Positions 45,568-54,282 of a stretch of DNA of 64,000 nucleotides are shown here, one piece after another (within the stretch, counting starts at the first letter, position 1; each line of letters opens with the position of its first letter). Location: assembly GCA_044222475.1 (NCBI GenBank), contig JBGANF010000025.1, positions 1 through 64,000 on the forward strand, given 5' to 3'. The notes under the pieces were generated by a model. That model saw nothing but the letters and a program-made list of their open reading frames with translations. It was not told the DNA's origin and made no database searches. The position numbers and the translations under genes are program-made. This stretch comes from Polyangiaceae bacterium (GTDB lineage Bacteria; Myxococcota_A; Polyangia; Polyangiales; Polyangiaceae).

Positions 45568-46935
45568 ATGCGAACGCTCGCCGGCATCCTCACCTCCGCT
45601 ACGATCCTCCTCGCCTGCGGCTTCGCCCGCGCGGACGATCGTCCACCGCTCCTCTCCACGTCGGGGACCGATCTCGGGGCCGGCGCTCCGGCTGCAACGG
45701 CCCCGAGCACCGCGTCCTCCTCGGACGTCGACGCGAAGATCGCGCGGCTCGAGGCGCGCCTCGCCGACCTCGAGAAGAAGAGCGACGGCTTCAAGCTCCC
45801 CTCCTGGCTCGAGGGCGTCTCGATCACCGGCTTCATCCAGCCGCAGCTGATCATGAACGTCTTCAACGCGGCCGCTTCGCCGAACGCGACCGGCGGAGTC
45901 CTCCCCGATGGGATCGGCCCGAACGACGTCGTCGCCCGCCCCAACGGCGACACGTCGAACACGAGCTTCTTCCGCATTCGGCGCTCGCGCGCGCGGATCA
46001 CCTACAACCCCAGCCCCTACGCGTCGTTCACGATCGAGCTCGAGCCCATCGTCACCGGCGGCCCGGTTCCGGGGAGTGGTACTGCGGCGCGCAACATCGA
46101 GGCCGACGCGATCGCTCCGTTCGCCAACGGCAGGGCGAAGCTCGTCTTCGGCGCCGGCATCTTCAAGGTGCCGTTCAACTTCGAGACGCCGCAGAGCGAC
46201 GCCGACCGGCCGTTCGTGGAGCGAAGCTTCATGCAGCGGAACATGTTCCCCGCCGATTTCGACACCGGCCTCCACGCCGACTTCACCTGGGAGAAGAAGC
46301 TCCTCGTCACCGCGGCGGTTCTCAACGGCCACACGATCGGCGAGCAGGACTTCACCGTCGTCCCGGATCTCAACCGCGGCAAGGACCTCACGCTACGTCT
46401 GAACTACGACTTCGGGGCGCTCGACGTCGGAGCGAGCGGCTACTTCGGCCGTGGTCAGGTCGTCGATGGCGCGAAGCTCCGCTTCAAGCAGTTCAACCGG
46501 TGGGCGATCGGCGGTGAGGCGGCGCTGCACCACACCTTCTCCAAGCCCCTGGGGCAAACCGCGGTCTACGCCGAGATCGTCGTCGCCGAGAACATGGATC
46601 GAGGCACGATCGCGGCCGGCAACCTGCCGAAGATCCCCGACGACATCGGCGCCGACGTGGTGAACAAGAAGGAGCTCGGCGCATTCGCCCGAATCGAGCA
46701 GAACCTGACGCGACAGTTCATCGTCGGGTTCCGTTGGGATTGGTACACACCGGACTACGCCATCGCGTCGAACGGCCGGCACACGTTGGGTGCCGTCTTC
46801 GTCGTCAACATGGGCAAGGGTCTGCGCACGATGATCGAGTACGACCACGCCATGGACAACGTCCACGCGACGGGCCCGGCGCCGTCGATGCGAGTGACGG
46901 ACACGGTGTCGTGCATCTTGCAGGGTCGGCTGTAG
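45568..46935 (+). CDS. Outer-membrane porin (OprO/P-like)
   Basis: Signal peptide, coiled coil, FRIRRSR, GIFKVPF, FVERS and an amphipathic beta pattern. Confidence 0.75.
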   Translation: MRTLAGILTSATILLACGFARADDRPPLLSTSGTDLGAGAPAATAPSTASSSDVDAKIARLEARLADLEKKSDGFKLPSWLEGVSITGFIQPQLIMNVFNAAASPNATGGVLPDGIGPNDVVARPNGDTSNTSFFRIRRSRARITYNPSPYASFTIELEPIVTGGPVPGSGTAARNIEADAIAPFANGRAKLVFGAGIFKVPFNFETPQSDADRPFVERSFMQRNMFPADFDTGLHADFTWEKKLLVTAAVLNGHTIGEQDFTVVPDLNRGKDLTLRLNYDFGALDVGASGYFGRGQVVDGAKLRFKQFNRWAIGGEAALHHTFSKPLGQTAVYAEIVVAENMDRGTIAAGNLPKIPDDIGADVVNKKELGAFARIEQNLTRQFIVGFRWDWYTPDYAIASNGRHTLGAVFVVNMGKGLRTMIEYDHAMDNVHATGPAPSMRVTDTVSCILQGRL

Positions 46936-46936
46936 G

Positions 46937-47968
46937 TCAGCCCGCGTAGCGCTGCCGGATGTTCGGCAGCAGGTACTCGTTCACGGCGCGCGTCAGATCG
47001 AACTTGGGCGCGAAGCCCCAGTCGGCCCGCGCGCGTGCGTCGTTCACGTCCTCGGGCCACGAGTCCACGATGCCCTGGCGCCTCACGTCGGGGGCGAAGC
47101 GGATCTCGGCCTTGGGGAACGCCTTGCGGACGAGGACCGCGAACTCCTCCGCGCTCGGGTTGAACGCGGCGATGTTGTAGACGTGGGTCGAGAGCTTCTC
47201 GCGCGGCGCGTCCATGAGTCCGAGCAGCGCGTCGATCCCGTCGGGCATGGCCATGAACGGGATGCGCGTGTCGGGGCGGACGAAGCACTCGTACGGGTGG
47301 CCTTGCGCCGCAGCGTGCAGCATCTCGGGCAGGTAATCGCTCGTGCCGCCGCTCGGCACGGTGAACGCGCTGATGAGGCCGGGGAATCGGATGCTGCGAA
47401 AATCGACGCCCCGCTGCTTCGCCGCGTCTTCGCCTTGGGCGAGCTGCCGATAGTGCTTCGCGAAGTAGCGACCGAGGTGCTCGCAGTAGAGCTTGTTGCA
47501 GCCGTACATCGTCGAGGGCTCGAGGTGCGCCTCTTCACTGACGCGCCCGGCTTTCTTCTTCGCGTCGAGCGAGTCGATGCCGTAGGCCGCGATCGAGCTC
47601 GGGAAGAGGAACTTCACCGGCGTGCCGTGCCAGCGCGCTTGCTCGGTCGCGAGCTTGAGGAGGTTCAGCGTCCCGGTGACGTTGACCTCGTGCGCGGTCT
47701 CGGGCGTGAACTCGCTGCGCGTCGAGAGGAGCGCCGCGAGGTGGAAGATCGCGTGGATCTCGTACTCGCTCACGAGCCTCTCGAGCAGGCGCTTGTCGAG
47801 GATGTCGCCGGCGATGGTCGCGCGGCACATCCCGGCGAGATCGCCTTCGAGCTTCTTGATGTCGAGCGCGAGGACGTCGAAGTGCTCGCGCTTGGAGAGC
47901 GCATGGATGAGGCCGTGGCCCATCTCGCCACTCGCCCCGGTGATGAGGACGACGGGTTTTCGTACCAA
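46937..47968 (-). CDS. NAD-dependent epimerase-fold enzyme, probable L-threonine 3-dehydrogenase (SDR type)
   Basis: ITGASGEMG, HLAALLS, PSSIAAYG, YGCNK and GGTSDY motifs. Confidence 0.82.
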   Translation of the reverse strand: MVRKPVVLITGASGEMGHGLIHALSKREHFDVLALDIKKLEGDLAGMCRATIAGDILDKRLLERLVSEYEIHAIFHLAALLSTRSEFTPETAHEVNVTGTLNLLKLATEQARWHGTPVKFLFPSSIAAYGIDSLDAKKKAGRVSEEAHLEPSTMYGCNKLYCEHLGRYFAKHYRQLAQGEDAAKQRGVDFRSIRFPGLISAFTVPSGGTSDYLPEMLHAAAQGHPYECFVRPDTRIPFMAMPDGIDALLGLMDAPREKLSTHVYNIAAFNPSAEEFAVLVRKAFPKAEIRFAPDVRRQGIVDSWPEDVNDARARADWGFAPKFDLTRAVNEYLLPNIRQRYAG

Positions 47969-47981
47969 AGTGGGCGAGATG

Positions 47982-48908
47982 CTAATCCAAAGCCGCCGCG
48001 ATCACGTCGCGAATCGAGTGGAGGGAGCGCACTCCGAAGAGCGCCACCTTGGGCGCGGTGAAAACCGCGTCGACGATGGCATCGAGGTCTTGGCGCGACG
48101 CGTCACGGAGCCGCTCCTCCAGGGCGCCGATGGCGTCGGTCGACGCCATGAGCTCCCCACCGACGCGGAGCATCCCGGCGCGATCACGGCCGGCGCAGAG
48201 CGGACCGATCGACTCGTCGAGCGACGCGTCCCACGGCGGCTCGTCTAGAACGGGGGACGGCGGCGGCGGCACGCGATCGGGCAGCGACACCGCCTCGAGG
48301 CCGTGGCGCTCCGCGAGCTCGGCGAGGAGCGCGTCGCGCAGCGCGTCGGCGGTGACCGGCGATTTGGCGACCTCGGTGAGTACGATCGGCTCTTTACCAA
48401 GATGGGACGACCGAACGCCGCTCGCGAACGTGCGACGCGCCGCGACGAACACCTCGACGACGGTCCGCTCGGTGTCGCGCAGGTGAGCGAACGACACGTG
48501 CGCGGCCGGGCGATGCGAGATGCTGATCCAGTCACGCCCGAAGTAGTGCGCGGGCGCTGCGACCTTGGTCAGCGCGGCGAGGAACGGGCGGACGTAGCGG
48601 TTCAAGATCTGGTCTTCGTTCGCGGCGACCAGCGCCGACGGGGTCTCGAGCGCGAGGACGCATTGGATGATGCCGTCACCCGAGCGCACCGAGCCGCCGC
48701 CGGTGGCGCGGCGCGCGAGCGGCAGGTCCGTACGCGCGTCGCCGCGGCGCTGGAACGCACCAAGGAGCTCGCCATCATCGACGAGGTCCGACACCGAGAG
48801 CTCGACCGGGTGCACGAGCGGACGCGACATCGCGTCGTGCGATGCGCTCGCCGCCGCGACGAGCGTGCCGTCGTGCGGGGCGAGAACTCCGAGCGAACCG
48901 GTGGGCAT
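47982..48908 (-). CDS. Lipoate-protein-ligase-like (BPL/LplA fold) protein
   Basis: LLGAFQ...RRATGGGSV; otherwise divergent. Confidence 0.6.
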   Translation of the reverse strand: MPTGSLGVLAPHDGTLVAAASASHDAMSRPLVHPVELSVSDLVDDGELLGAFQRRGDARTDLPLARRATGGGSVRSGDGIIQCVLALETPSALVAANEDQILNRYVRPFLAALTKVAAPAHYFGRDWISISHRPAAHVSFAHLRDTERTVVEVFVAARRTFASGVRSSHLGKEPIVLTEVAKSPVTADALRDALLAELAERHGLEAVSLPDRVPPPPSPVLDEPPWDASLDESIGPLCAGRDRAGMLRVGGELMASTDAIGALEERLRDASRQDLDAIVDAVFTAPKVALFGVRSLHSIRDVIAAALD

Positions 48909-48928
48909 CTCGTGGCATGGTACTCCCC

Positions 48929-49183
48929 ATGACGGTCCACCGCGAAGAAGGACGTTTCACCATCCGAATCGAGCTCTCCGCCGAGTTCGCGGAGGACTAC
49001 GAAGGCGACGACGACGGCAACGTCTGGCTCGAGCGCTGGAAGGAGAGCGTGCGTCCCAAAGTAGTACGCGCGGTGTTCGATGCCTTGCGGTCGGATTCGA
49101 GCTTCGAAGCGATCCCGACCTCGCGCGGCGCCTCGCCGGACGAGAACGTCGAGATCGCGGTCCGGCTTCGCAAGCGCGCGTGA
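48929..49183 (+). CDS. Small acidic hypothetical protein
   Basis: Typical codon bias; EFAEDYEGDDDG..WLERW. Confidence 0.7.
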   Translation: MTVHREEGRFTIRIELSAEFAEDYEGDDDGNVWLERWKESVRPKVVRAVFDALRSDSSFEAIPTSRGASPDENVEIAVRLRKRA

Positions 49184-49202
49184 ACGCGGTAGGGTTTCGC
49201 GC

Positions 49203-50039
49203 ATGAAGCGAACCGCCTCTTGCGTGGCCTTTGCCTCGACGCTCGCTGCTTCCATGCTCTTCGCCACGGCCGCTTCGGCCGACGCGCCTCAGTGGGTGGA
49301 GCGACGCACCGTCCCCGACGCGAAGGTCGCGGGCAGCGTCGATCTCGGTTTTGGTCTCGGATCGCGCGTGCTTCGCGTGGCCGGCAACGACTTCCGCTAC
49401 ACCGGACTGGGCTGGAACTTCGAGGGTGCCGTCTCGTTCCTCCGCCGCATCGAGATCGGCCTTCGCTTTGGCGTTCGCGCCCCGGCCGACGGTCGGGTCG
49501 CGCAAGCGGACACGTTCGCCCGGCCCTTCGACCGCAACATCCCGTACGAGTACAGCACCGGCGGGGACATCATGGCGAACCCCGAGCTCCGCGTGCGCGG
49601 CAAGCTCGTCGACACCGGTGGGTTCGAGCTCGCGCTCGAAGGTCGGCTCTACGCACCGATCGCCCGGGGGACCGCCTTCAGCCACTACTTCGGCGTACCG
49701 ATGGCGTTCCACGCCGGCATCTTCCGCGCCGACATCCAGCCCGGCATCAACCTGGGCTTCTACAACCCGCTCGTCTTCGTGTTCTCGGTCCCGGTGAACC
49801 TCTGGTTCCAGGTCACGAACAAGGTCTTCCTCGGTCCGCTCACCGGCATTCGCGTCTACGACCGCGACTACTGGGGCGGCAACGGCGGCCAGATCGATCT
49901 GATGCTCGGCTTCGGGCTCGGTGTGAGCTTCACGCCGTGGTTCGATCTGAAGACGCAGATCCTCTTCGAGCGCCTCAACGCCGGAGCGGACTGGTTCGGC
50001 GCGGGTGTGGCGGCCGGGTTCAACTTCGGTCCGGGCTGA
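49203..50039 (+). CDS. Outer-membrane beta-barrel protein
   Basis: Signal peptide ASA; Gly/aromatic alternating strands; near-terminal FNF. Confidence 0.75.
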   Translation: MKRTASCVAFASTLAASMLFATAASADAPQWVERRTVPDAKVAGSVDLGFGLGSRVLRVAGNDFRYTGLGWNFEGAVSFLRRIEIGLRFGVRAPADGRVAQADTFARPFDRNIPYEYSTGGDIMANPELRVRGKLVDTGGFELALEGRLYAPIARGTAFSHYFGVPMAFHAGIFRADIQPGINLGFYNPLVFVFSVPVNLWFQVTNKVFLGPLTGIRVYDRDYWGGNGGQIDLMLGFGLGVSFTPWFDLKTQILFERLNAGADWFGAGVAAGFNFGPG

Positions 50040-50661
50040 CGAACGCAGCGACCGCGTCGCACGCGAGGGCTCGCACCGACTCTTCGGTGAGGCCCGTTCG
50101 CTTCGGCACGTCGAAGGAGTGGTCGCCCTCGGGGATGACGACGAGAGTCGCCCCCAGCTTCTTCACGAGGGGACGCATCTCGGCTTTCGTCCCAAAAGGG
50201 TCACGCTCGCCCTGGACGAAGAGCATCGGCACCGTGATCGCGGACAAGTGCGCGTCTCGACGTTTCTCCGGTTTTCCCGGCGGGTGGAGCGGATAGCCGA
50301 AGAAAAAGAGCCCGTCGCACGCGTCGCCCTGAGCGGCGAGGTGCGACGCGATCCGGCCGCCCATGCTCTTGCCGCCGAGGAAGAGCCGACCCAGCGGGTG
50401 CTTCTTGCGCGCTGCCGCGATCGCCGCGCGAAACGCGGCCTCGAGGGCGGGCGCTCGATCGGGGACCTTCTTCTTGGCGCGCACGTAGTCGAAGTCGAAC
50501 GTGACGACGTTCATCCCGCGCGCCGCGAGCGCAGCCGCGTACGCCTTCATCCAAGGGTGGCTCGACCCGGCGCCCGCGCCGTGGGCGAGCACGAGCACTG
50601 GCGCATCGCCTCTGCCGGTGCTCGCCTCACGAACGTGGATCGTGACGCGCGCGACCATCAC
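50020..50661 (-). CDS. Alpha/beta hydrolase
   Basis: HGAGA, GGKSMGG, GYPLHPPGK, QGERD and GDHSF motifs. Confidence 0.9.
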   Translation of the reverse strand: MMVARVTIHVREASTGRGDAPVLVLAHGAGAGSSHPWMKAYAAALAARGMNVVTFDFDYVRAKKKVPDRAPALEAAFRAAIAAARKKHPLGRLFLGGKSMGGRIASHLAAQGDACDGLFFFGYPLHPPGKPEKRRDAHLSAITVPMLFVQGERDPFGTKAEMRPLVKKLGATLVVIPEGDHSFDVPKRTGLTEESVRALACDAVAAFVSPDRS

Positions 50662-50670
50662 GGCATCGTG

Positions 50671-50844
50671 TCACGAATCGGTGCCAGTCGGCGCGCGGCG
50701 AACGTTGCGCTCCTCGGGGAGGCGCACGCCGCTCTCGGCCGCGGGCGGCTGCGCCTGCGGCTTCGCGGAGGGCGAGGCGTCCTCCGCCGATGTGAGCGGC
50801 TCCGGAACGGGAAGCTCGAAGAACGCAAATGCGAAGCGCTTCAT
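50671..50844 (-). CDS. Small hypothetical protein (57 aa)
   Basis: GAGGAG RBS right after the fasciclin stop; begins MKRFAFAFFELPVPE. Confidence 0.45.
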   Translation of the reverse strand: MKRFAFAFFELPVPEPLTSAEDASPSAKPQAQPPAAESGVRLPEERNVRRAPTGTDS

Positions 50845-50854
50845 CGTTCTCTCC

Positions 50855-51814
50855 TCAGGGCATGAGCACGGTGTCGATGACGTGGATGACGCCATTCGAG
50901 CACTCGATGTCGGCCGTGACGACCTTCGACTTGTCGATGACGACACCGCTCTTGTCGGCGGTGATCTTCACTTCCTTGCCGTTGACCGTCTTCGCGGTCT
51001 TGAGCTTGACCACGTCCGCTGCCATCACCTTGCCGCTGACGACGTGGTACTTGAGCACCGCCGCGAGCTTGTTCTTGTCCGCGGCGAGCGCGTCGAGGGT
51101 CTTCTTGTCGATCTTGGCGAACGCCTCGTCGGTCGGAGCGAAGATCGTGAACGGACCAGGGCCCTTGAGCGTGTCCGCGAGCCCAGCGTCGACGACGAGC
51201 TTGGCGAGCGTCTTGAAGTTGCCCGCCTTCTCCGCGGTGCCGAGGAGGTCGAGCTTGGCCGGTGCGGCGGCGGCGCCCTTGTCATCGGGCATGAGCACGG
51301 TGTCGATGACGTGGATGACGCCGTTCGAGCACTCGATGTCGGTCGAGAGAACCTTGGCGTTCCCGATCTGGACGCCGTCGGCCGACGCCTTGACGGCGAA
51401 GGTCCCGTTGAGCGTCGTCGCCGAGGTCATCTTGGTGACGTCGGCCGCCATCACCTTGCCGCCGACGACGTGGGCCTTGAGGATCGCACCGAGCGCCGCC
51501 TTGTCCTTCAGGAGCGCGTCTAGCTTGTCTTGGGGGATCTTGGCGAACGCGTCGTCGGTCGGGGCGAAGACCGTGAACGGGCCCGTGCCCTTCAAGGTGT
51601 CGACGAGGCCTGCGGCCTGCAGCGCTGCGGCGAGCTTGGTGAACTTGCCCGCGGCGACGGCGGTGTCGACGATGTCTTTCTTTGCCGTCGCGCCGGTGGT
51701 TTCCGCCGTGTCGGTGCCCGCGGGGGTCTTGGCCACCGTCTGGGAGTCCCCGCCGCCACAGGCAGCGAGAGGGATGGCGATTGCGAAGAGCGCTACGGAA
51801 ATGGACGGCTTCAT
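50855..51814 (-). CDS. Lipoprotein with two fasciclin (FAS1) domains
   Basis: LAAC lipobox; two copies of GPFTxFAPTDxAF...[14 protein letters not shown]. Confidence 0.95.
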   Translation of the reverse strand: MKPSISVALFAIAIPLAACGGGDSQTVAKTPAGTDTAETTGATAKKDIVDTAVAAGKFTKLAAALQAAGLVDTLKGTGPFTVFAPTDDAFAKIPQDKLDALLKDKAALGAILKAHVVGGKVMAADVTKMTSATTLNGTFAVKASADGVQIGNAKVLSTDIECSNGVIHVIDTVLMPDDKGAAAAPAKLDLLGTAEKAGNFKTLAKLVVDAGLADTLKGPGPFTIFAPTDEAFAKIDKKTLDALAADKNKLAAVLKYHVVSGKVMAADVVKLKTAKTVNGKEVKITADKSGVVIDKSKVVTADIECSNGVIHVIDTVLMP

Positions 51815-51930
51815 TGTTCGACCTCGTTGTGGAGTGCACGAACAGATGCCCCCCCTCGAGCGGGGGTTTCCGACGTGAACGATTCAGTTCGGAATGCACT
51901 CGACGCGACCCAACGCCGAGATGCGGGAAA

Positions 51931-52042
51931 GGACACGGACACGGAAGCGGACACGGACACGGAAGCGGAAGCGGACACGGCAGCCGAAGCGGAAGCCGAA
52001 GCGGAAGCGGAAGCGGAAGCGGTGCCGGAAGCGGAAGCGGAA
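51931..52042. repeat. Hexamer array (GGAAGC/GGACAC)n, about 19 units
   Basis: Directly visible; reverse complement of the 54003-54280 array. Confidence 0.95.
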
Positions 52043-52067
52043 ACAGAGGGGCCGCTTGCGCGGCCCC
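52041..52067 (-). terminator. Hairpin downstream of the four-helix-bundle gene
   Basis: Minus strand reads GGGGCCGC-GCAA-GCGGCCCC followed by TCTGTTT. Confidence 0.6.
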
Positions 52068-52076
52068 CGCTTGGTT

Positions 52077-52391
52077 TCAGCGACTGAGGCAGTAGAGCGT
52101 CGCCGCGATCCGATCGAGCGCTCCTAGCGCCGCGCCATCGCGTTCGACGTAGCCCCAGGCGGCTGCGAGCTCCAGGGCTGCCATCGCTTCCTTGGTGGAG
52201 CCGAAGGCGCCCCGGAAGCGCAGCCGCGAGTTGCCGTTCCGGGGCCCTGAGCCTTCCGCGATGTTGAGGACGATGCTGGACGCCGCGCGTCGAAGCTGAC
52301 GCCCCAGGTCCGGATCCTGCGCAGTGATCTCCCTCACCGCAGGAGCCAACGACTTCACGGTTTCGAGAGCAAACGTTTGAACCTTGAGCAT
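52077..52391 (-). CDS. Four-helix-bundle protein (23S rRNA IVP-like family), 104 aa
   Basis: AAGGAG RBS; DLGRQLRRAASSIVLNIAEG..RFRGAFGSTKE motif. Confidence 0.9.
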   Translation of the reverse strand: MLKVQTFALETVKSLAPAVREITAQDPDLGRQLRRAASSIVLNIAEGSGPRNGNSRLRFRGAFGSTKEAMAALELAAAWGYVERDGAALGALDRIAATLYCLSR

Positions 52392-52618
52392 GGTGTTCTC
52401 CTTGCCCCCGCGCCGATGAGCGAAGGCCCGTTCGCCGCGCCATCGCGCGGAGGCGCTGTCAAGGCTGGCGCGCTCCTGCGCGCCACCGCCGAAGGCGGCT
52501 TGGCCTTGATAGCGCCGAGCAAGAACAGATGAAGCGGCTGGCCTCGCTCGCGACGAGGTCCTCAAAATGAGGCCTCAACTGGAAACGCGCTCGATGGCGC
52601 AAACGAAGGAGGCCAGCC

Positions 52619-53650
52619 GTGGAACATGTTGCGATCGATCTAGGTGGCCGGGAATCGCAAATCTGCGTGCGCCGCGAAGACGGCACGATTCGCTTGGAAA
52701 CAAGATGCCGCACGACAGATCTGGCGAAGTTTTTTGCGACCACGCCGACGAGCCGCGTCATCGTCGAGACGTGCGCCGAAGCATTTCACGTTGCCGACGC
52801 AGCGCGCCTGGCGGGACACGACGTCCGGGTGGTACCTGCAACGATCGTTCGCTCGCTCGGCGTTGGATCACGTCGGACAAAGACGGACAAGCGGGACGCA
52901 CAGGTGTTGAGCGAGGTCTCTGCGCGCATCGACCTCGGTGGCGTTCACATTCCACGCGGAGAGTCACGAGAATCGAAGGCCATGTGCGGCGCATATGCCG
53001 CGCTCGTGCGCGCGCGTACCAAGTTGATCAACTCCGTACGTGGTTGGATGCGCGGCTGGATCGTGCGCCCGAAGACGGGTGCCTCGAAAACGTTTCCGCA
53101 GCGCGTTCGGGATGCGCTCGGCGATCAAGTGCCGGTCTACATCGAGGCCCAGCTCGACGCGATCGAAATGCTGACGCTGCGTGCTCAAGAGCTGCAAGCA
53201 ACGATCGCCGAGCGCGCCAAGGCCGACGAAGTTTGTCGGCGTCTGATGAGCGTTCCGGGCGTCGGTCCCATCACGTCGGTTCTGTTCGTGGCAACGCTCG
53301 ACGATGTTCGACGATTCGCAGACGCTTCGAAAGTCGCCGCGTATCTCGGGCTCACGCCTGGGGAGAACTCGAGCTCCGAACGCGTGCAGCGCACCGGCAT
53401 CACGAAAGCTGGCGCGCCGAACTTGCGACGTGTGCTCGTTCAGGCCGCGCTGTCGATCAAAAGGATTCGTCGCGATCACCCGCTGGTGAAGTGGGCCGAG
53501 AGGATTCAGCTGCGACGCGGCAAACACATCGCCACCGTCGCTCTTGCGCGCAAGCTCGCAGGCATCCTCTTCGCGATCTGGCGCGACGGCACGCTCTATC
53601 ACGCACCCCTTACGGCTCAAGCCATGGAGGAGTCGATGTCCGACGCATAA
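52619..53650 (+). CDS. IS110-family DEDD recombinase/transposase
   Basis: IDL, VET and KTDKRDA (DEDD); VPGVG; AAYLGLTP..SS; ITKAG; ALARKLA. AAGGAGG RBS. Confidence 0.95.
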   Translation: MEHVAIDLGGRESQICVRREDGTIRLETRCRTTDLAKFFATTPTSRVIVETCAEAFHVADAARLAGHDVRVVPATIVRSLGVGSRRTKTDKRDAQVLSEVSARIDLGGVHIPRGESRESKAMCGAYAALVRARTKLINSVRGWMRGWIVRPKTGASKTFPQRVRDALGDQVPVYIEAQLDAIEMLTLRAQELQATIAERAKADEVCRRLMSVPGVGPITSVLFVATLDDVRRFADASKVAAYLGLTPGENSSSERVQRTGITKAGAPNLRRVLVQAALSIKRIRRDHPLVKWAERIQLRRGKHIATVALARKLAGILFAIWRDGTLYHAPLTAQAMEESMSDA

Positions 53651-53894
53651 CGCGCCCGACGCGTGCGTGGACGTGGAGCTTCGACTGTCCAGAGGGGATG
53701 ACCACGAGTGCCATCGTCAGCTCCCGAGCTCGTGAGCACGAATGTGGCTCCCCGACGGACTTCTTCCTATGCGGCCTAGATCGCGAATACTCGATTGGGA
53801 CAGCCCGAAGAGCCACCCACGAAACCGCAAACCTCACCGCAAGAAGGATCGTGCGGGCAACGCGCGTACGCACACCTTTGTCTTTGACTGAGGG
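53651..53894 (+). ncRNA. Putative bridge/seekRNA of the IS1111-type element
   Basis: Nested stems (CTGTCC/GGACAG, GGGGA..CCAC/GTGG.TCCCC, AGCT/AGCT) enclose segments matching the element's flanks and right end. Transcript ends are unknown. Confidence 0.7.
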
Positions 53895-54002
53895 GCCGCT
53901 TCATACTCGATGGCACGATCGAACGGCCGAGCGAGGCACAGTAAGCACTGCGCGCCGGAGCGCGACGCGAGAGCCCGATGTCCCAAACTGGGACGGGAAG
54001 AC

Positions 54003-54280
54003 TCCGCTTCCGCTTCCGCTTCCGCTCGCTTCCGCTTCCGCTTCCGCTTCGCTTCGCTTCCGCTTCCGCTTCCGCTTGGGCTTCCGCTTCCGCTTCCGCT
54101 TCCGCTTCCGCTTCCGCTTCCGCTTCCGCTTCCGCTTCCGCTTCCGCTTCCGCTTCCGCTTCCGCTTCCGCTTCCGCTTCCGCTTCCGCTTCCGCCTCCG
54201 CTTCCGCTTCCGCTTCCGCTTCCGCTTCCGCTTCCGCCTCCGCTTCCGCTTCCGCTTCCGCTTCCGCTTCCGCTTCCGCT
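54003..54280. repeat. Hexamer microsatellite (TTCCGC)n, about 46 units
   Basis: Directly visible; starts 2 bp after the stop codon of the 54283 gene. Confidence 0.97.
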
Positions 54281-54282
54281 CC

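Larger units (their letters stand above)
52522..53907 (+). mobile_element. IS110-family element, IS1111 type
   Basis: Sub-terminal inverted repeats ATGAAGCGGC (52529-52538) and GCCGCTTCAT (53895-53904); short left end; about 250-nt non-coding region 3' of the recombinase; outward TTGACT at 53884. Exact termini are uncertain by a few nt. Confidence 0.88.

Noticed and set aside
50855..51660. Near-identical DNA repeats within the fasciclin gene
   Set aside because: Explained by an internal FAS1 domain duplication, not adenine-specific variation.
52046..52057. 12-bp GAGGGGCCGCTT identical to the IS right end (53890-53901)
   Set aside because: It is part of a terminator-like hairpin; a short GC-rich match with no supporting element structure, probably chance.
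52077..52391. Diversity-generating retroelement (Avd shares the four-helix fold)
   Set aside because: No reverse transcriptase and no TR/VR pair was seen in the window.
54003..54280. Possible CRISPR array
   Set aside because: Pure hexamer tandem repeat with no spacers, and no cas genes in the window.
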